A stretch of DNA of 64,000 nt from Rickettsiales bacterium (GCA_035765535.1 DASTXE010000005.1:36684-100683), one strand, 5' to 3'; numbered from the stretch's first letter, positions 45,549 through 55,119 are shown. Notes: generated by a model from the letters alone, not told the origin. A program made the numbers and translations.

Positions 45549-45809
45549 CTACTCCGAGTAAGGGTTCGGGTGGAGCTCGCTCGCTTCCTTTACCACATTC
45601 AAGGCCTCCTTCGGAGGGAGCTTCGCCAATGCATCCTCAGCTGCTTTCAATGCATCAGGATCATCGGGCTTTGCCGCAGACTTCTGAACAGCTTTTCTGG
45701 CATCGTCTCTGGCATTCAATAAGAACTCCTTATCTCGCTGGTCTACGCGAATTGTCATGCATAGACTGTAGGTATTTTCAACCAAGAAAACCAACATATC
45801 ATTTTGCAC
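45549..45809 (-). CDS. Hypothetical small protein (86 aa, or 68 aa from the internal Met MTIRVDQ)
   Basis: ORF only. Charged, helical-looking sequence with no recognised family. Confidence 0.35.
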   Translation of the reverse strand: MQNDMLVFLVENTYSLCMTIRVDQRDKEFLLNARDDARKAVQKSAAKPDDPDALKAAEDALAKLPPKEALNVVKEASELHPNPYSE

Positions 45810-46037
45810 ATGCTGGCAAACCGTTTAGGGAAACCGCTTCAGCTTCCGACAACTAAACGACGAACACGGGTATTTTAAGAATTATCAATAAATTTGCTAA
45901 TTTAATAATATGAATTTTTTATGACGGCAGGTTTTACAGGATATCAATGAGATGTTGCGGATGTAAACCGGATTGCAAAAGCCGAGGGATATGATACACC
46001 AGCGCAAGTAGCTGCAAGTCACATTACCGGAGGTGCT

Positions 46038-46307
46038 ATGGGTTTACGCTTTCATAAAGCCATTAAAATCTTACCGGGGGTTCACCTGAACCTGAGCAAG
46101 AGCGGCGCGAGCATTTCGCTCGGTGAAAAAGGCGTTAGCTATAATATCGGCACCAAAGGTGCCCGCACGACCGTCGGCCTGCCGGGCAGCGGACTTTCCT
46201 ATTCCAAGTTTTCCTCTTACAGCAAGATCAAAAACGGTGGCATCAGCATGATCGCCATCTGGATCGTGATCGGCGCGGGCGTGGCCGCGCTGGTGATGAT
46301 GCGTTAA
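46038..46307 (+). CDS. DUF4236 domain protein with C-terminal TM helix
   Basis: MGLRFHKAIKILPGVHLNLSKSGASISLGEKGVSYNIGTKGARTTVGLPGSGLSY is the characteristic DUF4236 repeat pattern. The C-terminal segment is IAIWIVIGAGVAALVMM. Confidence 0.7.
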   Translation: MGLRFHKAIKILPGVHLNLSKSGASISLGEKGVSYNIGTKGARTTVGLPGSGLSYSKFSSYSKIKNGGISMIAIWIVIGAGVAALVMMR

Positions 46308-46327
46308 TTAAGTCTTCAGTATTAGTA

Positions 46328-47380
46328 ATGCCTGAAAACATAGCAGCAAAATTCAAGCGTGCCGGTGTTGTGCCTGCGGTAGAACCCAAAAAATACGATG
46401 TGGTTGCGATTGGAAGGGCTGATACTGATGTTATTGCGGAAGTTTCTGAGCGTTTTCTTCAGGAGAATGGTATTCCCCCCAATGCTCAGAAGGATTGTTC
46501 AGCCGATGAAGTGCGGACTCTTCAAGCATCTCTTGGTGCGTTCCAGATTCAGGCAGGTGGAGCAACCGCTAATTCAATGGCGGTTGTTTCCGCACTTGGG
46601 GGGCGTGCGGGATTCTTCGGCAAGGTGTGCGATGATGATAAAGGCAAAGTGTTCTTAAATGATTTCAGGCGCAGGAGTGTCGATGTATGTTGCCCTCCTT
46701 ATAGTAATGAATCTGATATCTCCTCTACCTGCCTTGTTTTGCTCAATGGTAAGAATCGCAGCTTCGCTTACGCTCCAGGAGCAAGCGAGGATTTTTCTGC
46801 TCAGGATTTTTCCGGTTTTGACTTTAATTCTACTCATTTCTGCCTCGTAGAGGGAGATCTGCTGACAGGCGTTAATACCAAAGCAAAACCGGCAGTCATG
46901 GAAGCTATGAAGCAGGCTGAAGGCAAGTGTCGTATCGCTGTTAATTTGCAGAATATATTGGACTGGAGTGGGCATGAAGATGTGCTGCATTACATTTTAC
47001 AACATGCCGATGTTGTTATCGGCAATGAGGAAGAGCAGGCTGCATTTTTTGCGGCCAAAAAGAGTAGCCCTGAAAAAGCCGGTCAAATGGTGATTACCAC
47101 ACGAGGCGAAAATGGAGCAGATGTTTCGGTAGGTAATAGAATTCTGCATGTACTGGCCGCTCCTCCTCAAGAGTTTGTAAGCTCGGTTGGGGCAGGAGAT
47201 GCATTTACTGCAGCGTTTTTATTGGGACAGGCAAGAGGCTTGGAAGTTGATAAATGCGCTCGTCTTGCAGTGCGCGTAGCAAGTAAGGTTATTGAAGAGT
47301 ATGGAGCTCGTCCCACACGTCCGCTTCAGCATTATTTCCCTGACTTTAAATCAACAGAAGAAGCTTATGCAAGGCTGTAA
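46328..47380 (+). CDS. PfkB-family kinase, adenosine kinase-like
   Basis: 350 aa, with an N-terminal GRADTDVI segment, GGATANS, and the PfkB signature VGAGDAFTAAFL near the C-terminus. Confidence 0.65.
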   Translation: MPENIAAKFKRAGVVPAVEPKKYDVVAIGRADTDVIAEVSERFLQENGIPPNAQKDCSADEVRTLQASLGAFQIQAGGATANSMAVVSALGGRAGFFGKVCDDDKGKVFLNDFRRRSVDVCCPPYSNESDISSTCLVLLNGKNRSFAYAPGASEDFSAQDFSGFDFNSTHFCLVEGDLLTGVNTKAKPAVMEAMKQAEGKCRIAVNLQNILDWSGHEDVLHYILQHADVVIGNEEEQAAFFAAKKSSPEKAGQMVITTRGENGADVSVGNRILHVLAAPPQEFVSSVGAGDAFTAAFLLGQARGLEVDKCARLAVRVASKVIEEYGARPTRPLQHYFPDFKSTEEAYARL

Positions 47381-47396
47381 TAGTCAGTTGGGGAAG

Positions 47397-47472
47397 TGGT
47401 GGGCGATCGCAGAATCGAACTGCGGACAGGCTGATTAAGAGTCAGCTGCTCTACCAACTGAGCTAATCGCCC
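47397..47472 (-). tRNA. tRNA-Lys (CTT)
   Basis: 76-nt cloverleaf on the minus strand: GGGCGAT..ATCGCCC acceptor, anticodon stem GCTGA/TCAGC with loop CTCTTAA, T arm CGCAG-TTCGATT-CTGCG, encoded CCA. Confidence 0.92.
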
Positions 47473-47501
47473 AACAGCCGGAGGAACCACGCTTATAAGA
47501 T

Positions 47502-47539
47502 AAATCGCCCGGTATGTAAATGAAATACTCGGGCGATTT
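47502..47539. terminator. Hairpin between cysT and tRNA-Lys, possible terminator
   Basis: AAATCGCCCG-18 nt-CGGGCGATTT. T-rich on the plus-strand side (TTTTGACTTTTTT). On the minus strand it follows the cysT stop. The direction of action is uncertain. Confidence 0.35.
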
Positions 47540-47551
47540 TGACTTTTTTAC

Positions 47552-48391
47552 CTAGCGTGAGGTGGCGGCGGTAAGCCACTTGTTTAATATATTGATTAGG
47601 AACAATAAAACAAACGAAGCGATCAGCATCACTAGGGCGATGGCGGTGGCTCCGGCGTAATCATACTGCTCGAGTTTCGTGATGATGATGAGCGGTGTGA
47701 TTTCTGAGACTCCGGGCAGGTTTCCGGCGATGAAGATGACCGAACCGTATTCCCCGAGCCCCCTGGCGAACGCCATCGCAAAACCGGTGACAAGGGCAGG
47801 GGCGAGATGCGGCAGGATGATTTTGTAGAAGACCTGCCAGCGGTTAGCGCCGAGCATGGCGGCGGCTTCTTCCACTTCGGAATCCATGTCTTTCAGGATC
47901 GGTTCGATCGTGCGGATGACGAAGGGTAGCCCTACGAAAATAAGCGCAATGGCGATGCCTGCGGGAGTAAAGCCGAGCTTGATGCCCATCTGCTCCAGCG
48001 GCTTGCCGAGCCAGCCTTGCGAGGAATAAAGTGTGGATAAGGCAATGCCTGCTACGGCGGTGGGCAGGGCGAAGGGGAGGTCGATCATCGCGTCGAGAAT
48101 GCGTTTGCCCGGTATCCGGTAGCGCACGAGCACCCAGGCGACAATAAAGCCGAAGACGGCGTTCACGGCGGCAGCCACCAGCGACATGCCGAAGCTCACG
48201 CGGTAGGACGCCATGACGCGCGGGCTGGTGACGGCATCCACGAATTGCCGCCACGGCATAGCGGCGGTTTCGACGAACAGGCCGGAAAGCGGAATAACAA
48301 CGATCAGCAGCAGATACAGCAATGTGAAGCCGAGCGTGGTTTTAAACCCCGGTATGACCCCGTGCGACCTGAATGCTGTCAACAATGCCAT
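47552..48391 (-). CDS. cysT: Sulfate/thiosulfate ABC transporter permease CysT-like
   Basis: 279 aa, with PGFKTTLGFTLLYLLLIVVIPL and the EAA loop EEAAAMLGANRWQVFYKIILP. It is full length, but no cysP/cysW/cysA gene is adjacent. Confidence 0.75.
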   Translation of the reverse strand: MALLTAFRSHGVIPGFKTTLGFTLLYLLLIVVIPLSGLFVETAAMPWRQFVDAVTSPRVMASYRVSFGMSLVAAAVNAVFGFIVAWVLVRYRIPGKRILDAMIDLPFALPTAVAGIALSTLYSSQGWLGKPLEQMGIKLGFTPAGIAIALIFVGLPFVIRTIEPILKDMDSEVEEAAAMLGANRWQVFYKIILPHLAPALVTGFAMAFARGLGEYGSVIFIAGNLPGVSEITPLIIITKLEQYDYAGATAIALVMLIASFVLLFLINILNKWLTAATSR

Positions 48392-48406
48392 AAAGATGCC
48401 TTGCGG

Positions 48407-48967
48407 TTAGAGTTTTTCCAGCCTCTGCATGACCTGCCGGATGATGGCGACATGATCCGGCCTGCCGTGATGGACGAATTCTTCTTCCGTGAACCAGCGC
48501 ACTTCGTCCGTGGTGGCTTCGTAATGCCCGAAATTTTCGGTGTCGATAATCTCCGCGGCAAACAGGTGCATCGGTTTCTGGATGCCTTTGCTTGCGGAAA
48601 TAAAAGTGAACCCGCCGAGATCGAACATGGAGCGGATGTTTTCCTGCTTCAGTCCGATCTCTTCATTACCTTCGCGCAGCGCCGTGGCGAGCAATGTCTC
48701 GTGGAACGACTCGTCGGCATAGTGCAGATCGTCCAGGCGCATGTCGCACCATTCGCCGCTGATGTTGATGCGGCGCGTGCCCTTGGCGATCTGGAACTGG
48801 GGCTTACCCAGCACTTCATTTTCCGCGAGCGGTTTCATCGCCATGATTTTTATGCCTTCCGGCTGCCGGACGAACGGCAGAATCCCCACTTTAATCACTT
48901 GCGGAGGCAGAACCCCTTCATCATATAGGCGTATAATTTCAAAATTTGCTTGGAGTTTATTTTTCAT
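48407..48967 (-). CDS. NUDIX hydrolase family protein
   Basis: Nudix-box-like segment G-x-...-TLLATALREGNEEIGL. I prefer the start at ATG 48967 (MKNKLQANFE) over the track start at 49042. The stop lies 15 nt before the cysT start. Confidence 0.6.
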   Translation of the reverse strand: MKNKLQANFEIIRLYDEGVLPPQVIKVGILPFVRQPEGIKIMAMKPLAENEVLGKPQFQIAKGTRRINISGEWCDMRLDDLHYADESFHETLLATALREGNEEIGLKQENIRSMFDLGGFTFISASKGIQKPMHLFAAEIIDTENFGHYEATTDEVRWFTEEEFVHHGRPDHVAIIRQVMQRLEKL

Positions 48968-49085
48968 ATCATATAGGTTGACTAGTAACGTTCTTATCGA
49001 TTGTGCGAGCGGCGATTCTAAAGGGGAACGCCTTGATTGCACAATATAAATATACCAATGGCAGCGAAAAAAATGCCATTGGTAT

Positions 49086-49643
49086 ATGAGGTATATAAAG
49101 CATATCCTTTTGCCGGATGAAGAAATCCTTTATGACGGCCATGTCCATCCCCGTGTGCTCGTGCCGGGGCTCTTGCTGCTTGGGCTAGCTGCGCTCATCC
49201 TGATGGGGGCGAGCAATACGGGCGGCGGCCATTCTTTCCTGCTCAATTTTTCTTACCGCCTTGCACAGAATTTTCCGTCTACTATGGGGCTCTACCGAAT
49301 GCTCTGGAACTGGCAGACCACGACCCCCAATATTGCACTGGAGATCAAGGTCGTGGCGCTCGGCATTGCGATGTACGGTTTCTCCAAGTTAGGCACCCAG
49401 CTGGCCATCATGCAGACGACGGAGCTGGTCGTGACGAATCTGCGCATTATCGCCAAGACGGGGATTCTTACTGTCATTACGCTGGAAATGGACCGGCGGC
49501 GTGTGGCCGGTGTTACGGTTTACCAAACCTTCTGGGGGCGGCTGTGGGGGTATGGCAATATCTACATCCAGGGCTTTACAAGTTCCATTGGAGGCTTACC
49601 CATCATGGTGAATCCGCACATGGTGGAAAAGTTCGTAAGCTAA
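49086..49643 (+). CDS. Membrane protein with bacterial PH (bPH_2/YdbS-like) domain
   Basis: LLPDEEILYDGHVHPRVLV followed by two TM segments and a C-terminal beta-rich domain. Pattern recognised from memory. Confidence 0.5.
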   Translation: MRYIKHILLPDEEILYDGHVHPRVLVPGLLLLGLAALILMGASNTGGGHSFLLNFSYRLAQNFPSTMGLYRMLWNWQTTTPNIALEIKVVALGIAMYGFSKLGTQLAIMQTTELVVTNLRIIAKTGILTVITLEMDRRRVAGVTVYQTFWGRLWGYGNIYIQGFTSSIGGLPIMVNPHMVEKFVS

Positions 49644-49645
49644 TT

Positions 49646-50056
49646 TTAGAGCGGATTGCCGTTCATAAAGGATTTGCATTCCTGCGTCATGAACTGGCTC
49701 GCGTTGTCTTCGGATGAGCCGGACATTTCATGCTTACGCGCTTCGTCGTATTTCTGTTCCGACGTTAAAGCAGTGATGGCGGCAGGGCTGAAGCTGCATT
49801 CCATCTTCATGTTATTGGGCAGCAAAAATTCAACAAGGCAGTGATCGCCTTCCTTGCCCTTGATAATATTCTTCGATGTCGAGGATGGATCCATCGGGTT
49901 GGGATAAGCGAACGTATAAGGAGTACAGGTTTTTAAATTATCCATGTACATCATGCTATGTTCATAGAAAGCATTATCGGGCTCCGCAGCAGCTGCATAA
50001 GGCAATGCGGCCGCAGCCAGGAAAGTGAGAAGGATGCGGGATGCTTTATGAGCCAT
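49646..50056 (-). CDS. Hypothetical secreted protein (136 aa)
   Basis: Signal peptide MAHKASRILLTFLAAAALPYAAAA. Contains 4 Cys residues. No recognised family. Confidence 0.5.
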   Translation of the reverse strand: MAHKASRILLTFLAAAALPYAAAAEPDNAFYEHSMMYMDNLKTCTPYTFAYPNPMDPSSTSKNIIKGKEGDHCLVEFLLPNNMKMECSFSPAAITALTSEQKYDEARKHEMSGSSEDNASQFMTQECKSFMNGNPL

Positions 50057-50074
50057 ATATGCCTCTGGTAAAGG

Positions 50075-51484
50075 TTAGTAACCTGTCATGATACGGTCCA
50101 CCAGCTGCTTCACGGTAGGAACAAACCCATTCGCGTAGAAGGGGTCCTGTCCGAACTTGTAAGCATTATGGCCGGAGAACATCAACTGGTTTTCCACATC
50201 GCCGGTATGGACAATGGCCTGCAGCGTTTTCTGAATGCAGAAACTGCGCGGGTCGGCCTTTTTGCCGGTGGTGAAATCGTCACGGTCTTTCCAGTTGCTG
50301 AACTTGCAATGGCTCAGGCAGCCCATGCAGGCAATCTGGTCAGCCAGGATTTCCGCTGATTTTTCCGGTGTGACGAAGACCAGGGTTGAATCTTCCGTTT
50401 TCAGCGCTTCCGTAAAACCATGAGCGATATATTCCTCTGCCTTGGTTTTGTCCGCAGTGCGCACGTAAACCGGCCTGCCGCGCGGGCCGATCAGCAATGT
50501 TTCCACGAACTCATCTTCATCCGGCGCGGTGCGGTAGTCGATCTGCCGGTGGCTGCGTTCAGTCAGTTCGTGGATGAATTCGTTCTTTACCGCGGAGGAA
50601 TAAAAACCGGTAGGGCTGAAACGGTTCAGGTAGACATCGCCTTCCTTCAGCGTGAGCAACTTGCGTTTCCAGGTATCCGGGACCGGGCTTTCCTTCGTCA
50701 GCAGCGGACGCGTGCCGAACTGGAAGGCAATTTTGCCGATCTCGGGATTTTCGAGCCAGCTTTCCCAGTCTTTCAGATGCCATGCTCCGCCCGCCATGAT
50801 GATGGGGGTATCCTGCAGGCCGACTTCATTCATGAATTTGCGTATTTCAGCCACGCGCGGGTACGGATCTTCCGGTTTGCGCGGATCTTCGCTGTTGGAA
50901 AGGCCGTTATGCCCACCTGCAAGCCACGGATCTTCATACACTACGCTGCCCAGCAGATGGGGAACCTTGCTGTAGGAGCGCGCCCATAATGCGCGGAATG
51001 CACGCATGGAGGAAACGATAGGATGATAGTAGACATTATATTGCGCTGCGATTTCCGCAAGCTTATAGGGCATGCCCGCGCCGCAGGTGATGCCGTGGAT
51101 GATGCCTTTGCTGCCTTCGAGCACGCCGTGGAGGATGCGCTCAGCGCCGCCCATTTCCCACAGCACGTTCATATGGATTCGGCCCTGGCCGCCGGAAATA
51201 TCGTGTGCGCGGCGTGCCTGTTCAATGCCGCCTTTGATGCCAAATTCAATCAGTTCTTCATGACGTTCACGGCGCGTCTTGCCATGGTAAATTTGGGGAA
51301 TGGGGTGGCCCTGTTCGTCATACGTATCTGCGTTGACGCCGGAAAATGTGCCCACGGCACCCGCTGCAGCAAACGCTCCGCAGCTTACGCCGGTGGTTGC
51401 CGCAATCCCTTTTCCGCCTTCGATGATGGGTAGCACTTCTTTTCCCGAAATTACCACGGGCTTCAATTTATCTGTAAATGCCAT
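50075..51484 (-). CDS. Nitronate monooxygenase / NPD-family FMN oxidoreductase-like protein (long form)
   Basis: 469 aa, with PIIEGGKGIAAT, ITCGAGMP and PIIMAGGAWH segments typical of the 2-nitropropane dioxygenase-like TIM-barrel family. Function not assignable. Confidence 0.55.
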   Translation of the reverse strand: MAFTDKLKPVVISGKEVLPIIEGGKGIAATTGVSCGAFAAAGAVGTFSGVNADTYDEQGHPIPQIYHGKTRRERHEELIEFGIKGGIEQARRAHDISGGQGRIHMNVLWEMGGAERILHGVLEGSKGIIHGITCGAGMPYKLAEIAAQYNVYYHPIVSSMRAFRALWARSYSKVPHLLGSVVYEDPWLAGGHNGLSNSEDPRKPEDPYPRVAEIRKFMNEVGLQDTPIIMAGGAWHLKDWESWLENPEIGKIAFQFGTRPLLTKESPVPDTWKRKLLTLKEGDVYLNRFSPTGFYSSAVKNEFIHELTERSHRQIDYRTAPDEDEFVETLLIGPRGRPVYVRTADKTKAEEYIAHGFTEALKTEDSTLVFVTPEKSAEILADQIACMGCLSHCKFSNWKDRDDFTTGKKADPRSFCIQKTLQAIVHTGDVENQLMFSGHNAYKFGQDPFYANGFVPTVKQLVDRIMTGY

Positions 51485-51721
51485 TTCCTAACCTAGTCTG
51501 AAGCTTGCGTCCTGATGTTGCCACTGCCGGATGCTCCCGTTCCGGCAAGAGAAACGCAGTATATTGACGCTTCGTTACAATGCAATATTATTTATTAATC
51601 CTGCCATTGGCCCTTATGGAGCGATCAGGAATAATTCCGCTAGAATCTTGATTCTACTGTGCAACTATATTAAGCACTTAAGCATTCTATCACTATCGTA
51701 ACTTATATAGTACCTGTTTTT

Positions 51722-52504
51722 ATGAAAAATGTTCTCGCGGAAATCTGTCAGGTAAAACTGGATCATGTAGCGGCGCGTAAATTAGAGCGCCCCCAGCAGG
51801 AATTGACTTCCGCGGTCCAGTATCTGCCGGCCACGCGAGGATTTATCCGTGCGCTTCAACGTCAGGAAACGGGATTGATAGCGGAGGTTAAAAAAGCCTC
51901 TCCGAGCCGGGGAATTATCCGCAATGATTTTGATCCTGCAAGTCTGGCCGTTGCTTATGAAGCTGGCGGTGCGGCATGTCTTTCAGTGCTGACGGACGAG
52001 CCTTATTTCAAGGGGCACGATAATTATCTTGTGGCGGCCAGAAACGCGGTACGCCTGCCTGTGCTGCGCAAGGATTTTATGCTGGATACGTACCAGATCA
52101 CGGAATCGCGCGTGCTTGGGGCGGATTGCATCCTGCTGATCGTGGCGGCGCTCAGCGATGCGCAGGCGCAGGAACTGGAGCAAGCGGCGCATGAATTGAA
52201 TATGGACGTACTGATCGAAGTGCATGATGCCGATGAGCTTGAGCGGGCTTTGCAGCTTAAATCTCCGCTGATAGGCATCAATAACCGTAACCTCAAAACG
52301 CTGGAAGTGGATCTTGCGACAAGCGAAGCGCTTGTGAAGCTGGTGCCACAGGACAGGGCGGTCGTGTGCGAAAGCGGCATTGCCACGCATGAGGATGTTC
52401 TGCGTATGAAGCGCGCCGGTATTCATTGTTTCCTGGTCGGGGAATCGCTGATGCGTCATCCGGACGTGGAGCAGGCTACAAAGCAGCTGCTCGGCACGCG
52501 CTAG
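51722..52504 (+). CDS. trpC: Indole-3-glycerol phosphate synthase
   Basis: 260 aa, with [41 protein letters not shown] and [10 protein letters not shown]. Confidence 0.93.
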   Translation: MKNVLAEICQVKLDHVAARKLERPQQELTSAVQYLPATRGFIRALQRQETGLIAEVKKASPSRGIIRNDFDPASLAVAYEAGGAACLSVLTDEPYFKGHDNYLVAARNAVRLPVLRKDFMLDTYQITESRVLGADCILLIVAALSDAQAQELEQAAHELNMDVLIEVHDADELERALQLKSPLIGINNRNLKTLEVDLATSEALVKLVPQDRAVVCESGIATHEDVLRMKRAGIHCFLVGESLMRHPDVEQATKQLLGTR

Positions 52505-52647
52505 GCGTGTAATTCAAAGTTTTAACTGTCGCCTGCCTTTTATCCGAGTGCATTTATGACACCTGTTCGAGTGCTAAATAGGAAATCAGTTGCATTTTCC
52601 GATACTTTGGCATAGTCAGAACATCCTTTAGTTATTTTTATGGAGTT

Positions 52648-53190
52648 GTGAAAGTGTCCAAAGCCGTCTGTGTATTTTGTGGTGCAAGCAATAATGCTCC
52701 GAAGGAGCATCTCGATATCGGAACCAAGTTTGGCGAGATGCTGGCAAGGGAAGGCATCCGTCTGGTTTACGGCGGCGGCGATTGCGGCGTAATGGGAACG
52801 GTTGCCAATGCTGTACTGCGCAATAACGGCAAGGTAACAGGCGTATTTCCGCGCAGCCTGAAAAATATCGAATCCGAACACGCTTCCTTAAGCGAAATTA
52901 TCATGGTGGAAAGCATGCATGAGCGTAAGCGCATCATGTTTGAGCGTTCGGATGCTGTCGTGGTGCTGCCGGGCGGTTTCGGCACGATGGATGAAATGTT
53001 TGAAATCATTACCTGGAAACAGCTCCAGTTCCATAACAAGCCGGTCGTCATCCTGAATAACCAGGGTTATTGGGATCCGCTGGTTTCTCTGATGGACAAT
53101 ATCATTGAAACGGGCTTTGCAAAATATGAAACCCGCAGCCTGTACCGTGTGGTCAATACAATTGACGAAGCGCTTCAGGAAGTTCGTTAA
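52648..53190 (+). CDS. LOG-family (TIGR00730) nucleotide phosphoribohydrolase
   Basis: 180 aa, with VYGGGDCGVMG and PGGFGTMDEMFE motifs. GTG start. Confidence 0.85.
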   Translation: MKVSKAVCVFCGASNNAPKEHLDIGTKFGEMLAREGIRLVYGGGDCGVMGTVANAVLRNNGKVTGVFPRSLKNIESEHASLSEIIMVESMHERKRIMFERSDAVVVLPGGFGTMDEMFEIITWKQLQFHNKPVVILNNQGYWDPLVSLMDNIIETGFAKYETRSLYRVVNTIDEALQEVR

Positions 53191-53220
53191 TTAGCTGCGA
53201 ATATACGGCTATAAAAAAAG

Positions 53221-53254
53221 AAGGAGGATGTCTGCACATCCTCCTTTTATTTTT
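53221..53254. terminator. Bidirectional intrinsic terminator between the LOG gene and the convergent 138-aa gene
   Basis: 11-bp stem AAGGAGGATGT-CTGC-ACATCCTCCTT, flanked by an A-run upstream (ATAAAAAAAG) and a T-run downstream (TTTATTTTT). Confidence 0.75.
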
Positions 53255-53269
53255 GCCATGAAGAAAATC

Positions 53270-53686
53270 CTAATTCCTGGTAACCTGAGTAATATCCATT
53301 TCCCAGAACTGCTGCTCAGCCAGTTTGCGCAAATAAGCATCTCCGCTGGCGGCGGTAGGGGATGTTGCGGGAATGTGGGGCTGAGGATTCAGGGGTAAAA
53401 TATTATTCTCAATATGCTTGATATGTTTTTCCTGCAGCGTGACGCTGGTCTGCTGCAGGGGGGCTGCGGCAGTCACGGCGGCAGGCTGGGTATCCTTCCT
53501 GCGTGAAGGCAATATGCGCGTGCATAGCATCAGCATGCGCCGCAGAAAGCCAGCTTTGTGATGTTGAACCGGGTGCGCATCGCGCTCCTGGCTGATGGTG
53601 ATCTTAAGTTGTGGGGCCGAACTGACTCTTGGTTCTGTCAGTGTTGAGGCGGTATTGCCCGGTGTGTTGGTGCCTGTGTTTTGCAT
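53270..53686 (-). CDS. Hypothetical protein (138 aa), Pro/Thr/Gln-rich
   Basis: ORF 11 nt downstream of the 473-aa gene and followed by the strong terminator. No recognised family. Confidence 0.45.
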   Translation of the reverse strand: MQNTGTNTPGNTASTLTEPRVSSAPQLKITISQERDAHPVQHHKAGFLRRMLMLCTRILPSRRKDTQPAAVTAAAPLQQTSVTLQEKHIKHIENNILPLNPQPHIPATSPTAASGDAYLRKLAEQQFWEMDITQVTRN

Positions 53687-53697
53687 ATGTTCCCCCC

Positions 53698-55119
53698 TTA
53701 TTGTATGGCTGCTGAAACTGGTTTCATTTTCTGCTGTGCAATCGTGTCCGAGAAGTTACGCTGTTCCTCCGACATACGTCTGTCCGCCAGGATTGTTTCT
53801 GGTGTGCTCTGAGGATTTCTTTCGAGCTTTCTATTGAGCTCTGCCGCTTCTTCCGGCGTAATTTTATATTCCGGGAAACCTGGTACGGTGGCGGTCGCGC
53901 CTACAGGATTTTCCGGCTTGATATCATATACATTATTATAGACGGCCTTGCTGGCGCTGGAGATGGCTCCGATAGTATTTAGTGCGCCGTCAAATACCAT
54001 GCCGGGTATTCTCTTGCGGCCTTTGTCGATATTTTCTTCTACCGTAGTGTCGATACCTTTCTGCTTCTGCAGTTCACGCAGTTTGAATTCGTCATCTATG
54101 GTGCGCGTAATGGCTTCGGTGCCGGCGTTATAGCCAGCTTCTGCGAATGTCTTTGCGCCAAAAATGGCACCTGCTATGATGGTCGCACCGATAATGGGCA
54201 GTGCCAGATGCACGGCAGTCAGGGCGAGAAGGCCGCCTACGACTGCGCCCGTAACAGCGCCAATCAAGCTGCCCCCCAGGCCACCCTGAAGATAACCCTT
54301 GATGCCACCCATGAAAATTTTCTCGTCGTATTTCATGTGCAGGTCGTGAATCATTTCTTCGCGTTCCATGCGGCGCTCTTTCAGGCGCGGATCTTTTTCT
54401 TGCTCAATGAACTGTTCGTGACCTTCCTTGCCCTTCTTCCTGCCATTGACGAAGCTATCGATCTTATTGAAGACTGTGCCGAAAATTCCGCGATCGATAC
54501 CAAAAGTCAGCCCCAGCAAACCAAACACCAAAGCGCCTGCGACAATCGGGGCTGCTGCTGCGCTTAATCCCAATACACCGCCACCGATAAGGGTCGCGAT
54601 AACCGGTATTTCTGCTTCTGCGGCAATTCCAATCAATGCACCAGCCGCCATTCCAACCAATGCGCCTGTTGTGCCGGATTTCCACTGAAACCACGAGCGT
54701 TTCCTTTCGGGGTTACCCTGATAGTGGTAATCATCAAAATTCATTAAACGATCTTTGAGGATCTTTTCCTGATCGCCTTCATTGGCAGGATCAAGGGCGC
54801 TCGCATGGCTTTCTGCCAGGCTTGCCGCTCGCGAGCCAGATGCTGTGCCAATGCTGCTGAGTTGTTCTGCGCCGGTGAGCGCGCCTGCGCCTGCGAAAGC
54901 TGCCACGCCTAAAAGTCCTAAAGGAGGAAAGATGGCCATCGTTGCAAGGCCGATAGCTCCGCCAACCAGTGTACCGAGCGAAACACCAGTCAGCATGCCC
55001 CGGACGTGGTGTTTATACCCACCCCAGAAGATGCGCTGGTATTGTTCCGGATTATTGCCTGCCGTGCGAGTCTGCCATGTCTCCGGCTGGGCAATTCCGA
55101 TTCCCGTTGTTTCGACCAT
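53698..55119 (-). CDS. Hypothetical membrane protein with three long Gly/Ala-rich (glycine-zipper-like) hydrophobic blocks
   Basis: 473 aa. Hydrophobic blocks: LTGVSLGTLVGGAIGLATMAIFPPLGLLGVAAFAGAGALTGA; GALVGMAAGALIGIAAEAEIPVIATLIGGGVLGLSAAAAPIVAGALVFGLLGLTFGI; GGLGGSLIGAVTGAVVGGLLALTAVHLALPIIGATIIAGAIFGA. They are separated by charged linkers. Confidence 0.55.
   Translation of the reverse strand: MVETTGIGIAQPETWQTRTAGNNPEQYQRIFWGGYKHHVRGMLTGVSLGTLVGGAIGLATMAIFPPLGLLGVAAFAGAGALTGAEQLSSIGTASGSRAASLAESHASALDPANEGDQEKILKDRLMNFDDYHYQGNPERKRSWFQWKSGTTGALVGMAAGALIGIAAEAEIPVIATLIGGGVLGLSAAAAPIVAGALVFGLLGLTFGIDRGIFGTVFNKIDSFVNGRKKGKEGHEQFIEQEKDPRLKERRMEREEMIHDLHMKYDEKIFMGGIKGYLQGGLGGSLIGAVTGAVVGGLLALTAVHLALPIIGATIIAGAIFGAKTFAEAGYNAGTEAITRTIDDEFKLRELQKQKGIDTTVEENIDKGRKRIPGMVFDGALNTIGAISSASKAVYNNVYDIKPENPVGATATVPGFPEYKITPEEAAELNRKLERNPQSTPETILADRRMSEEQRNFSDTIAQQKMKPVSAAIQ

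Noticed and set aside
45314-45856. 180-aa plus-strand ORF
   Set aside because: It reads straight through the tRNA (45363-45437) and has a Pro/Ser/His-rich composition. Not a plausible gene.
45438-47396. Genomic island or integrated element between the two tRNAs
   Set aside because: No integrase, transposase, phage gene or direct repeat of a tRNA 3' end could be found by eye. Reported only as a low-interest observation.
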